Positions 27,070 through 39,570 of a stretch of DNA of 41,886 nucleotides are shown piece after piece. A model generated the notes under the pieces. That model made no database searches and was not told the origin of the DNA. It worked only from the letters and a program-made list of their open reading frames with translations. The translations under genes and the position numbers were made by a program. Source of the DNA: Catajapyx aquilonaris (lineage: Eukaryota). The DNA is taken from the NCBI GenBank assembly GCA_000934665.2, contig KZ538910.1, positions 1-41,886 of the forward strand. Reading direction: 5' to 3'. Within the stretch, counting starts at the first letter, position 1. Every line of letters starts with the position of its first letter.

Positions 27070-27300
27070 AGACAACAACCGACTCCGACCAACACCATTT
27101 TAATCCAACGTTGGAATAACAATGACCCTCCTTCATTTCCTGCCACTCGAGCTGTCAGGTGGAAGCCCATTGTGTCTCCATCCGCCGTCCTGTACCCACC
27201 TCACCCCCAAGAAAAAGAGCTACCTTATTGTTGTTCGCGTCACAACAAGTAATGGCTCCTTTCTCCCAGCCCCACATGCAGACGCGTGGGAAACACAGAA
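27070..27300 (-). mobile_element. Short decayed L1/Tx1-like RT fragment
   Basis: LEWQ followed by GSLLFQRWIKMV (~VEW..GF..FxxWIKxL). Confidence 0.4.
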
Positions 27301-28268
27301 ACAGGGCACCCATTTGTTTCGAGCTGTTCCCAGAGAAACAGAAACTAATAATAATACAGGGTGTACCCCCCGTAAATCAATCCAGATTTATGTATCCGTC
27401 GCATGCAGTTAGCACACTTACGCTCCGACATTATTGACATGTCACGACGCAACTGGGACATCCCTAACGACGTCCATATTACATAATAATTTCATGCTAT
27501 ACACTGCAACTACTCCCCCTTGATTAATTTCAGTTGTGCACAACCCCCGCTTGTAAAAATGATGTACCCAAGCGCATTGTACTGCTTCCTACCCTTAATA
27601 ATGCACCCACTTTTATTCCACCCCCCTCTGCACCCAAACCTCCCCTAGTTAATTTCTCAGAAGCGATTCTTGATAGGTTTCCCTCGTTCGCTAATTACTA
27701 CTCGGAATTGCCATAAAAAGACAGCAATGCGATGCTTCTTCGTCGAGCGCGGGGGAACCAATGACGCAACAGGATTTTCCCTTGTGCGACCGAGCACCGC
27801 TGCCCTCTTGCGGCAGATGGACGTAACACTTCGCGGGCTCGCGGTATACGGTCTCGCGGTACTTGCTCCTTCCGTGTTCGAAAATGCTATTATTTTATGA
27901 ATATGTCGTTGAGTAATAAACCATTACCGGTGTACACGGGTTGTTATCAAGCTGTAAAAGGCGACAAATGCACTCTGGGGGAATATGCTTTTCCCAGCCG
28001 CAGGTTTTTAAAAAATTCCGGCAAGTACCGAGCGTTAAAAAATTATTGTGTGTGCATACATGCTGGATACGAGAGATTATATGCAACATAAGTGGTCGTG
28101 ATAAGGCAGTGTGGTGCAGTAGGGAATTGCCATATGACAGTTATCCACGCAACAGTGACGGCAATAATATTGAGTGACTATACAATGCGGGATGGGGTAA
28201 TGTCAAGGATTGTTTATTTATGTATGAAGTATGGGAATTCACTTATTTTAGACAAATTATGGACTTAC

Positions 28269-28380
28269 GGAGTTCATGTTGCTGCCATGCGAGAGCCGCA
28301 CACAAGAGGGCCAGGCTCTTTCCAGATCCAGTTGGGCTCTCCAGCAGACAATTCTGCCCTCTCTGCAGTCCATCTATGAC
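28269..28380 (-). CDS. BRIP1: BRIP1/FANCJ helicase, second coding exon (Walker A / helicase motif I)
   Basis: Boundaries tcgtag|GTC...CTCC|gtaagt; 112 nt, phase 0 to 1. Translates [37 protein letters not shown], the FANCJ [23 protein letters not shown] signature. Not in the ORF track in this frame. Confidence 0.96.
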
Positions 28381-28949
28381 CTACGATTTGAAAACATCCA
28401 TTATCTTTGGTCACATAAGTTGCAAGTGGTGGTACCTGCAATAAAGCAACACATAATCTACCGTACTCAAATGTCGTCAGTTTCGGAATATGAATTTTAG
28501 AACCCAAACTTGGCCCAATCCCAGGCCCGTCCCAAAAAATGGGCCCGATAAAAATTTACGCAACCAATCCACGTGCCTATTTCCGTCCGCCACATGATGT
28601 GACAAGCGTGTCAGGGTGTCTCATCCCTCCCTGCACGAAACGTCTGGGAAATGATAGCGCCGCAATTAATCACCCGATAATCAGTGGGCTGTTGTCCTGG
28701 TGTTGGAAACGTGGCATCGGATGACGCCGGGTCCCGCAGGTGTATTTCGCCTTCTGTGCATTTCGTGGGTTTCTCTTTCCCCCCCTCCATGCATGCCACA
28801 TACCCTGCGATTTACCCTCGCGATAATGACTGTCGCCTATAACCACCCCCTCATTCTATTCTCTTAGCTCAGCTGAAAGTCTTCCCAGGCGCCTTCTTCC
28901 TTCTGCAATCCCAGGGTTTGGGGGTGGACACAATGTACCGTGCTGTGCG

Positions 28950-29560
28950 CTCGTTTAGTGCCAATGTTAAATATTCAGTGGCCGAAGGAGGTTGTCCTGA
29001 AATATTGAAAGGCCCAATTTCCACCGCCGGCGGCAAGGACAACGAACCTTCAAAAAATCCACCATATATTTTTCCGAAAACTTTTTTTGCATGGGGGGCA
29101 AACTGTGTTGCGCAATTGCGAAAAGGCGATGGCCCAATCGGCACGTTCAAACCCGGTGCCAAATGTTGCTGATTGGAACCCTGCACGCGAATCCTGGTCG
29201 CCAATCTGATTCAATTAAGAAATCCGGATATTGATGCCCTTCGAGGGGCTGGATCGGTATGGATTTCCAAGAGTGCCTGAATCAGAGTAGAGATGGCGTT
29301 TGAAAGGTTCTGCCAATGGCGTGCTTCCATTGTCCAGCATTGTCTCCCAAGGGTGACAACATGTTGGAAGCAGCAGTCCCCAAAGAGGACAGGTCGGGTT
29401 TTCCCTGTTCTCCGGTTGGAGGTGCGTGTTGGCTACACAGCCCCCGACACCTCCCGTGCACTGATACCGATCGACGGTCGGCTTTAAGAAGGTGGCGTTC
29501 CCCCATTCAGGTGTCATGAAGCCGGCTATCGGACCTGTATCGGCGCTTGATGAACGGCCG
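28950..29560 (-). mobile_element. Decayed L1/Tx1-like ORF2 3' end in the 1.3-kb BRIP1 intron
   Basis: GCVANTHL...NPTCPLWG...WET (~LxTNxxL..CPxCG..ET), then AKKVFGK. Confidence 0.45.
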
Positions 29561-29680
29561 CGCCATTCTCTAGCCTTTTGCCTCCATTGTTGGTGTGGGG
29601 GAGGAGGCCACATCCGATAACAATGACTGTGATGTATGAATGAGACTCCAGCAAGGGCCGCGGGAGACTCTTTTTCTCAC

Positions 29681-29776
29681 CTTATTCATCATGGCCAACT
29701 GCGACGGGTATGCTTTTGCCGGGAACTCCACCTGCACGCCTCGGATAGTGTACACATGTTGAGATGTGCCGGCCAT
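29681..29776 (-). CDS. BRIP1: BRIP1/FANCJ helicase, first coding exon (aa 1-32, Q-motif)
   Basis: Translates MAGTSQHVYTIRGVQVEFPAKAYPSQLAMMNK, matching the FANCJ N-terminus (YTIxGVxxxFPxKAYPSQLAMMN) rather than RTEL1 or DDX11. Ends at phase-0 donor AAG|gtgaga. Preceded by a polypyrimidine tract and cag acceptor 3 nt before the ATG. Confidence 0.95.
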
Positions 29777-29779
29777 GCC

Positions 29780-29800
29780 CTGTCGGAGAGAAAGATAGGA
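29780..29800 (-). other. 3' splice acceptor just upstream of the BRIP1 start codon (implies an upstream non-coding exon)
   Basis: Minus strand reads tcctatctttctctccgacag|GGCATG. Confidence 0.75.
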
Positions 29801-29999
29801 AACGGTGATGCACATGCTATACATGGACCCACACACGGGGGGCCGCCCTTTTTAATATTCACCACGTCATACCGGATCATTGCACCCGTACACTTCATAT
29901 AGGTTTTACAGTGAACTGGCCAACTGTACACCCACACGGTATCATGGCTACCCTATATACTGCAATATTCATGTGGCCGCCATATCTAGCCAGTCATTT

Positions 30000-30300
30000 T
30001 CAATTTCTCCTACGCAAAAGGTGAAAAGGCAGCACGCCCAAAAACCCCTCTGATTGGCACCTGGCATGGCAGTGGGGGCGGCGGAATGCGGCCGAGGACA
30101 GTTGAATAAATAATCGGCTAAAGCCTTAGGCAACGATAGGCTATCTGGAGAGGGCGCGTTGCAGAATGGAGGCGCTAACGCTCTCACACCCCTCCAACAT
30201 GCAACCCAATAGCATGACACACACCGCGAATTTTTTTTATACCTCCCCAACAAAAGAGGTCTGGAACGCAAAAAAATTATCAGTAGCCACAACACCACTG
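30000..30300 (-). mobile_element. Decayed L1/Tx1-like zinc-knuckle fragment
   Basis: PPFCNAP..D....YLFNCPR (~CPFC..ET..HLFxxCP). Confidence 0.45.
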
Positions 30301-31799
30301 CCATGGAATCGCATGACGCAACTTGTCGATGGTCCTCCCCAAATAATATTCTCGGAGGACGACCCCCCCCTATGTGATTCCTATGCTTGATAAGCTTCCT
30401 AGGCTAATTTGCTGAATGGAGACTGGATTATTCATCAACGCTACACTCTCCTGTCATCTTGTTACTTCCAATGTGTCAGATAAAAGGCTCCCAAAAATAA
30501 AGATTACATTTTACATGGGGCTGCATGCAGGTAAAAAGCCTGAACCAATATTGTTGCATGCAGATGAAGTTAATCCGACAAACTGCTGTAATAGACATTT
30601 GAAATGCCCGGGTCGTGCGTGTGTGAAATTCATACGCTGCTGACCAATTTGTCCAATAAAATTGCGATATTTTTACTGAATCACCCTGTGAGATTACCAA
30701 AAAAAAAAAAACCCGTAATAATTGCGTGATATTGACACCCTCCCCCCCACCCACTACTTCCTACCCCGTTTCCACCTGGCGCTAATAACGGACAATAAAT
30801 CACCCCTCCCGTGTTGTTCTTGTCTTCCGCCTCAGTTTGTTTTTCAAAGCCCACGTTTATTTCTCAGAATCACACCTAACCGTGCAAATAGGATGTGAAA
30901 CTTTGATGGCATCATTCTCCCCCCCCCCCCCCTCTCTATAAAGACCCCAAATTTGCTTAATTCATCGCCGATGGAGGTGTAGTTTTCGCACGGGCGCGTT
31001 CATATGACGGTCGTTTGTCACCACTGTCCAAACGACGACACGAAACTATTATGAAGCCTTCATCGATATAGCAAATGTCAGCATGACCCACTATAATAAT
31101 GGCATATAGGCATCTATATGCTCATATATACGCAGTGCAGGTCATTTATTGCCGAAATGCAACCCGGCGCATCGTTCAAATTTTTAAACAATTTGGCGAG
31201 GTTATATGTAGCCCATACTGTATGACTATCACATCAGTACTTTCCAAGAAACTGCATTGGCCTGGTTGTGACACACATCAAGATGCAGTTGCAAGCAATA
31301 AATCGCCACTTTTTTTTTCTCCCGTCGACATTTTTAGAAACCACACGAGATTCGCAAGTAAATATCAAAATTTCACCAACCCTTGCTAAAGAAACGTGGC
31401 CATCTGCGAATCTATGTACGGCCATGTCGCATGCACCAAGTACTTCGATACTACCTGAGCAAGTTATTAAATATGCTGGTGGGCCCCCAAGGCTCGGCGT
31501 GACTTGCGTAACGCCGCCATTGTTTTGTCAAGTTTTGACACCCATGCATTAGACGGTTTAATACCAAAATATCACGCGACTCATGACAGCACCCGCGGTT
31601 GTTGTTCCCCACTCCTGGAGACACTTATCTCCCAATCGCAATTAATAACCGTATACAGGTCTCTCGCACACCCTGTACCATTTTGGCCACAGGAAACCTT
31701 TCGTAACTTCTAACGAGTGCAAATTCCGGTGTTGCAGAGGCCTTGACTCTTTTTATGTACCGTGCTATACCCCGTGGGAAAAGCCGAACGTCGCAGGTG

Positions 31800-32030
31800 A
31801 GAAAGTGGGAAGTCAGAGGTGTATACCGGAAGTACCACCTCTCACGCATCCAAAGCCACCAAAGGTGCCAAAGGTGTCGAAAGAGTCGCGTGCTGTATGT
31901 ATACCCAGCCGCCGCCGAAAATTCGCCCATGTGTTTACCCCCAGCCCCAAAATTGGCCATATTTGCAAGTCTGATGTCACCCACTGTGGACATTGGAATG
32001 CACCCCCGTTTTCTATGTTTGTCCGCATCT
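31800..32030 (-). mobile_element. Possible decayed Tx1-like post-RT fragment
   Basis: RLGIHTARDSFD (~GIxxxxDL); one motif only. Confidence 0.3.
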
Positions 32031-32386
32031 CTTGTCGACCTCAATTCCTTGTTGACGTGTATGTACACCTGTCACAAACACCTGATGACAATGGGCAGAT
32101 CCGAAAAGAAAAAAAAAAACACATGGGGAGCCTCTCCCTGTTTGCCTTCAAAAAGCGGTAGCTGCTTTTTCGATTTGTCAGATCATTTCTATTGTCATGC
32201 CACCAACAATATTATCTCTGTATGCCTTTTTTTAAAAAAATTGCCTAAATTTTTTTTATCATATCGTGGCTTCCTGACAACGGGAGCAAACTTGTGTGAC
32301 AGAAAAGTGCGGAACTTGTTAGCGCGAATGATGGATTAGGCGGCCTAAATGGCAGTTTGCATGTGAATGGTGGTCGTAATTTCTGA

Positions 32387-32411
32387 CCCCCCCCCCCCCC
32401 CCCNCCCCCCC
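32387..32411 (+). repeat. 25-nt poly(C) tract (poly-G on the BRIP1 sense strand)
   Basis: Direct reading; contains one N, so the length is uncertain. Confidence 0.9.
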
Positions 32412-35400
32412 ATCCCACCTGGGCCCCGGCGTCCCCCCCACCACCTTGGCCACCACCTCCGTCACAGTTTTAGGGCCTCCTCGCAATTTCTAAGCAAACT
32501 TTTGCGGTCACGTTCTTTTATCGCGCTGGGCGATTTGGGCTGGAATTTCAAGCGATTGAATCCAATTATGCCTTCGCACGTGAGCAACTTGGAACAACTT
32601 TGCTTCTATTCCTTTTATATATTTTTTTTTGTAGGAGTCCCTTCCTTTTTTAAAAAAACAACAAAAAACAAAAGACAAAAAAAACAACCAGCCTAATCTG
32701 CAGGTTGGCAGTGAAGAAATTAAACTCGGACGTGATATTGGTGGGCTTAACTCGCAAGCAGCCGCAGGACATAGCCTGCTGCTCTGTATTATAAAAGTTG
32801 CGAAAATCAGTCAACAATGACATTAACAATCATTAGAGATGACGTCAGTTCTGTTTGGTTGAATCAACAGCTCAGGTGCTGAGACCCGAAAAAAAGTTTT
32901 TCAAAATACAAAAATTTCAGCTCAATTTGTATTAATTTTCATTCAACCTTCTTGAGTAATTTTCACTCAATTGTTGAATACCATTTTTCTAGTGATTTCC
33001 ATCCAGTTTCTTCCTGAAGTAGCTGAAAATGAGTTGAAAAATTGTGCTGCCAATTTTCCCCTCAAAAATCGCAAAGTTTAGACCCAATATTCGGGCCGAA
33101 TTTTAGCCACAACCATCCCGGCATCTTCCCAAAAAAGTACCATATATGGCACTGTATTGACCTGTTAGAATAAAAAAATTCTCCGGAAAATCCAAGCCCA
33201 GCCCAGGTCAAACCCATACGTGAATTATGGGGAAGTATATTGAGCTGGCGGAATAAAGTGACTGTGCAGAGGCCACAGGCAGGTGAGATTGGTGGGTGTG
33301 GGAGGTAGGAAGGAGGTGGGGGAGAAAAATGCAGGTGGGGTCGCACCTGGGCCTGTCATCAGTAGCTGACAGCCCTTTCTGCGGAGGCGGTCTTTTCGGC
33401 TGCACCCATCACGCAAAAATGATATACCCAGTATGTGGCTTTCGGTCGGGGAATGTGTCAGTGTGTGAGTGTATGAATCACGCTTTCTGACGTTCTCAGT
33501 GGGTGGAGGTGGGGGGGNGGGGGGGGGGAAAGGGGGCTGGCCACCAACACTTCTTATTACACACTTCACGGGAGCGGAAAAAAATATCGTTCGTGTGAGA
33601 TAGGCGGAGGGGCTTTTGCTCGACTATTACGGCTGGACACGCCGTGGGAACAGACTGTATCATTCGACCACCTAATGATAAGGATTCGAAATCTAATTTT
33701 GTTTCGTTTCGGGATTCCGTCCCTTTTTTACGCAATCTGTGAGGATACGAAACGAACACTACACCACTTTTACATACACCTTAAAAATAATTTCATTAAA
33801 TTAAATGCCAACGCTGTTGATGGTTATGGCCAGGGGGCATGAAATGTTCATTTTTAAATGCAAGAAACAAAGAAACATCATAAGGAAAGGCAAAATGAAA
33901 ATTATTAATCACTTTGCATAATTTTATTCACTTCGGACTGGTGTACGTATAAAATATCACATTCACTAACTGCATATATGCATATTGTAAGCGTATTCAG
34001 CAAGCTGCATAAACAGATTCACTTTGCTTAATGTGTGAGTCTTCAGCGTTATAGCACTATAATATGACTATAGCACTATAATATGACTATATAGTCATAT
34101 TTTAAAATATTATTCAGAAATTACCAGGAGACGTAAATTGACTCCGAAACTAAACCTGTTCTCCTCAAAATTATTCCTGAAAATCCCACCACCTCTATTT
34201 GGACGCCAACTACCAGTTATATTATATAAATTTTCCACCATCCCCCTCCCCCTCCCCCACCAGTTCCTTTATCTCTTCATGGGATCATTATCATGCAGCG
34301 CAAAAAGGACGCCAGTTTGCATATTACGCCTCCTGGGGGAGTGAGAGAGAGAGAGAAAAAAAAGCCCACACCGTGTTGCATGCCAACTCGCCCAAGTGTC
34401 ATAATTATGGGGCCCTGTATTCGGATCTAACACCTACTTCCTCCATTAACGTGATGGTTATAATGAGAGTGAAAAACGTTTTATTATTTTTTATATATTA
34501 TGTGCCTACCAACCATCGGCTGATAACAAGACAATGTGACATTGCTATCACGTGATCCAAGTGCGAAGCTCGGACACAGGCTGATTGCTCTGCATAACTG
34601 TAACGAGTGACAATGGTTATTATATACAGATAACCCCACCTACGTAGCCAGTTCTAATTAGTGCTAATCTCTCATCTTCTCGTCATGAATATTTACGATC
34701 TCTCGAGCCCCATATGGCCGGACACAACTATTTTTTTTTCTAGCAAATAGTCCGATGTGAGTCACTGCTTTCTAGGACCATGTAGCTAAATCGATGCAGT
34801 TGTGCACCCCAAACATGGCCCACCCTCGTCCTGCACGCGCCTTGATGAGAAAAGACCCGCTGTAATTACCGTAATTAAAACCGGGTAATGTGTTAATGCG
34901 CACCTGTGCAGTGTGTGTGTGAGCATAGTATTCTTATCTGCTCTTCTCCCTCCCCGTCAGCTACACCACACAATACAATTACACTTATGGCCGCGGCACC
35001 CGAAATAAGCCACGGGTAATTAGGCCAGAATTGCCGCGGTGGATGTGAATCTGGCAGGAAAGGGCAGGGAATCCACACACGCCCATATGTGTCAAGACGC
35101 TTCCGTTCTGCCTCACGTCATGAGTAACAAGTGGAGGAAACTTGAAGGTTTTCCTCTTCGTTAGTGAACTCCACATCGGCCGAATCCAATATGGCACCAC
35201 ATGCGCAGATGCACTGCGCAACAAGTCTCCATCAGGCTATCCATGCATATTTTCACTAAACCATTGGATTTAAATAAACAAATACGAAATTTACATAATA
35301 CGTAAATTCATATTACCTTATACACATTTCACAACGTATGTCCCCTTGTTCCCGATGCCAATCAATACAGAGCCCTCGACGTATGTCCCAGGGTGATCAT

Positions 35401-35599
35401 TAGGGGTAGTTTTTAACGGGGAAGGTTTTTAGCACATTGGACTTGACCTCCGAGGTCATCCTTCGCCGCAGGGGGCGAAATGGCAGAAAAGCAGGAACCC
35501 GACACATCGATTCATTCAAAGTATTTCATAACCCGAGACACCCCGGGTATCCTGCTAGTTAAATAAATAAAAATTAAAAGCGAAAATCAGCCCACTCTC

Positions 35600-35900
35600 G
35601 GCTAATGTGCATTCGGCTGAACCGACACTTTGCAAACTGGATGCTCATCAAGTGCCAAGAGAATTAAGGCGAGAAAGGCAGCCATTTAAAGGCGGACCCA
35701 ACAGGGTGGGCCACAAGCAAGAGTCGAGAGGCCGTAATTATGGTCCGTGATGCAGAACCCAGCAAAGGAGATGAATCGCAAATAATGTCACCCCACGCCC
35801 ACCATCAATAACCGCCACTCTGGGGACTGTTTTCACGCCCTGACAAACGACGTCCCCCCGCTTTAAATGAATATTTTCACAAACCACTGTTTCGATTCCC
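35600..35900 (-). mobile_element. Decayed L1/Tx1-like ORF2 3' fragment
   Basis: LCWVLHHG (~LxWRILHG) followed by EH../FAKC (~EHLFxxC). Confidence 0.35.
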
Positions 35901-36073
35901 GTTCTTTTGCCGAACCCTGGCTGTAAATCTGGAGGCTCGGTGGGGTCACATCCTGCCCGTTTTAATGTAAGCCCTCATTTGAAGAGCACCATTAACTTTG
36001 ATGGAGCGCCAAACATCTCCGCAACTAACTAATAGTGGCCCACATTTTTTCAAACACTGCCCTTTAGGAAGTC

Positions 36074-36107
36074 NNNNNNNNNNNCCCCCCACACACACAC
36101 ACACACA
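36074..36107. repeat. 11-N assembly gap followed by a C-run and (CA)n
   Basis: N at 36074-36084, then cccccc and (ac)n. Confidence 0.95.
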
Positions 36108-36949
36108 TAAGGTTCATAAGCAGTGAAGTAGAACTATATATACCCTGCCTTGGTACACGCTTTAGGGTTCAGCACTCATTTGCATGCTGCTTCAACGTAC
36201 AGGCGAGGCAATTGTTTATGTGGGTCGGTAATTAACTCAGTATGCAAAATATTAATAATAAAAATCGGGCCCAAGACCACAAGCCCAACAGTGCGCCAGT
36301 TATATATTGGAAATCTATACCTGAAACGTGGTTGCTTATTCTACTTTAGAATAGGCCTATATGAAGCAAAGTTGGCATCTGATTTCGGGTCCTCACGAGT
36401 CTTACTATATATAATATACTTTGCGCTAATATACTTCGAACTCCTAAGGCAATTACGTGAAGGCACCTAATAGAGTCTGGCATAAATTGCGAATTTGAAT
36501 AGGCATATTCAAAATCATACACAATCAGCAATGAAAAGAAACGTACAGTATATTTCACTATAAATATTTAGGGATGTGTACACTGCAGATTACTAGAACT
36601 GCACCATATTTGAACTGTGGAGAACTGGAATTTACTGCAGACTTGTCAATATTATACTGCTAAATAGTATGGAACCCATTTCCGGCTACTTATTTTATAG
36701 CACATTCCTAAAAAATGGAGCAACCCAATCAATAAGCAATATACCCCCAAAGACCTCCTCGCCCTACATTTACCAATACAACAGCACGTGGGTCTGATTC
36801 AGCCNNCCCCCCCCCCCCCTCCAATATACAGTACCTCAGGCTAAACTGCAGTTCGGGCCCTTCCCTCGCCTATATCAGGCGATACATTTTTCCCATTATT
36901 AATATAGTGCCATAAACATGACATGTTGCCCCAAGGTGTGAACCCCATT

Positions 36950-37860
36950 GTCATATCCGCATCAGGATGTAGGTGGTAAATTCGAGGGCGGGACTGCCAT
37001 CTGGATGCAGTCGACCTGGAGGAAGCCCCCTGCCATCAGCCCCCATATACAACATAAAATGTGATGTGGAGGTAATGAAGAGACCAGAGCATGCTGGGGA
37101 GACCCGTACAGGGTGACTCAGTGAACCCCTCACAAGCTTAAACAAGGTGCCATAATTTATGGCCAGCAATTTATGAAATAGGCATCTTCAACTTTGCTTC
37201 ACTTTTGGCAAGTCCTGTAGGTAACCATAAGAGAGAAGCCAAGTCTGGCATATCAGATAGTGGTAGTGCCTGAGACCCTCATCCGGCTTTCAGTGCACGA
37301 CCTTCCCCCTATCTGCTGTGTTAGTCTAGTTGGGGAGCTACCGGAAGGGGGGTCCCGACCCCGCCCCACCCAGTCACGCCATTTCTCTCTCTATTCCCAT
37401 TCCCTGTTTCACACCCCAAGTGACGCTGACAATGTCCCCATGCTTTTTGCACTTTACCGACATGCATCGGTCCCATTGACGCCTCACCACCCCCCATCGC
37501 CATGTGTGACACGAGCCATCCATATCGAAAATCGAGAAGCTAATATCGATATACCGACGTAGTTTCTTGGATGTTGTTTACAGACATCAATGCCTGTTTT
37601 GACAACTCAAGAACTCCCCAGCTCACTGTCCTCCAAAAAACTTCCTTCTCGATCCCAATTAGCGAAACACGTGTAACAAGCAGTACAAACACAATGGCGG
37701 CTGGGAAAAGGGAATTAGCCGCGTTTTTCCCCCCCGCCTCCGGTCGGATAATGCGACGAAGTCACACATTCCGCCGCCGGAATTTGCACGAAGAATCCAA
37801 TCCCGATGGAAGCGAGCTGGTCCGTGTTCCGATGACTAATGAACGAGGAACTGCCTTTTA
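36950..37860 (-). mobile_element. Decayed L1/Tx1-like RT core
   Basis: Clearest relic: TDQLASI (~DQxGFI), VSLIGIEKEVFWRTVSWGVL (~LDxEKAFDxVSWxFL), YIDISFSIFDMDG (~YxDI.S.V.VNG), GVVRRQWDRCMS (~GVRQGDPLS), YA, AGHKL (~SGxKL), all colinear. Confidence 0.6.
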
Positions 37861-38149
37861 CTAATTAATCGGGGTGGGGAATTGGTGAGCAGCCTATTTG
37901 TATTCTATCCAAGGTTCTAGGGGAAGGGGAAGACAACTTGTTCAATTGACTTAGACCATTTTTTTTACCGTAAATATATCCCCCTAGCTCAGTCACTGAT
38001 TTCTTCAGCCTCGTGTCTTAATCAGATTGTCCCTGCCATGATTTGTAAGGCGTTAAAAAACTCCTAGATACACAATTAGCGCCTGCGAAAGTTCTGTCAT
38101 ATTTTTGCACACACACACAAAAAACTCCTCGTTACCTACATTATTTCCA

Positions 38150-38490
38150 CTCGGTCACTTCCCCGTAATCAAAAGCCTGCAATAAAAAATAATACCTGGG
38201 CAGCTTCCACGCTACGCAAGAGCAGGAATTCGGAATAGAACCCAGCAGGAGCGGTGCTAACAAGACAAGCAAACCAGAGTGATGAAAAGCAAGGACCAAG
38301 TGTCCACGAGCCCAATTATTTCGGAAGCAAAAAAAAAAAAAAAAAAAAAAAAAAANAAAGTAGAGGCCGGCTTGGAGTCCATCCATGCACGAGCTGTTGG
38401 CGGACATCTCCGGAGGCCAATTGGGGCCAATTTGCCATCAGTGGGGAACCCAATTGCGTCTATTCCTTCATATAAACAGTGGACCTTCAT
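38150..38490 (-). mobile_element. Possible decayed L1/Tx1-like 3' end, interrupted by a homopolymer
   Basis: FPTDGKLAPIGL..C (~LPTxxxL..GL..C), GHLVL. Confidence 0.3.
38329..38359 (+). repeat. ~30-nt poly(A) tract
   Basis: Direct reading; one N. Confidence 0.9.
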
Positions 38491-38929
38491 TTGACTACTT
38501 CATTACGCTGATAAATCGGTGAAAAGATGGAAGACGCCACCAGCAGCAATGGTAAAAAAAACAAAAACTAATTCAATTGGTTCACCCTGTAGCAATTAGC
38601 CGTTCCGACTCACTCTGTTATATTTAGAAATCGTTTGGGTCTCCAGCTAGCAATGTTTACCAGGAGACCCAGTCGATTTGCCTTATTTTCACACACAATA
38701 CATTTCAGGCCTTACTGCTGTATGGACCTCGCCTGATTCACCACACAAACAATGGGTGCGCAGTAATAGTTAAATAATAAAAGCATTATATGTAATAGTG
38801 CACAGTACAGTGCGAGCCGCTTTTCATCAATGCCAAATATTTCCCGAAACATCACTTGTGTATTTTTCCTGTTCGCATAATTAATAAATAAACCGCAAAT
38901 AACTCACAATGTGCAAGTAAACACCAATA

Positions 38930-39570
38930 TTTTTACACTATAACCGCCGAACAATTCCTGACCATCGTGAGACCTCCTGCATTCCCATGAAAACGGCCAG
39001 TTTTTGGCGACGAAACGGCAATTTTCGCATCCCCCCGACGAAGCCCAGCAGGTGATAAATGCAACTCAACCTTTTTCGCCAGCTTATTTCCCTGATTTTT
39101 GCAATGCTCGATATTAAAGGAAGTGAGGCAAAAGGCCCGCTTCCGCTCATAAACTTTCCCACGCCAATCGCTCATATAATAGCCAGGTGATGAATGACGC
39201 CATTTTCATGTGTAAACCCCCCTATCTCTATACTTAGAAGTCCCAGTTTTATCCACCCTCAGCAACCATATACGAGGATATTGCCACACCATCTGAAAAC
39301 GAGGTGCTCACACGACAATTTCCTGCTATAATTCCTAATAATTCACCAGGGTGGGATAACCGCTGTGCACACCTTTTCTTCGCTCTGACTTGAGGATGCC
39401 CATTACGGACAAACCCATAATCGAAGGCTCATCAACCGGTGTCTCCATGGAGTTTACGAGGGTGCGAGAAAAAGGAGGTTGTAAAGAGGCTGTAAAGTGA
39501 TTGAGATTCATGACTCCGTCTAGTCTTCCTGGCGACGAATATCCGTTTTCCTTCAAATTCCATTGCATAT
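38930..39570 (-). mobile_element. Decayed L1/Tx1-like RT N-terminal fragment
   Basis: NGYSSPGRLDG (~NGKSPGxDG), GIL..KG, RNYSR (~NYRP), FI.PGYYMSD (~FIPGRxIxD), NIEHCK, CSAVIV (~SxVxVNG). Confidence 0.55.

Noticed and set aside
32170..32195. Plus-strand LSDH, reminiscent of the LINE endonuclease SDH motif
   Set aside because: Isolated tripeptide with no GDFN or RID motif nearby. It would be a counter-example to the strand bias if a search confirmed it.
38940..39180. Candidate BRIP1 promoter (CpG-rich, with E2F-, ETS- and CCAAT-like words)
   Set aside because: The region reads colinearly as part of the 38930-39570 RT relic, and the nearby donor sites are weak.
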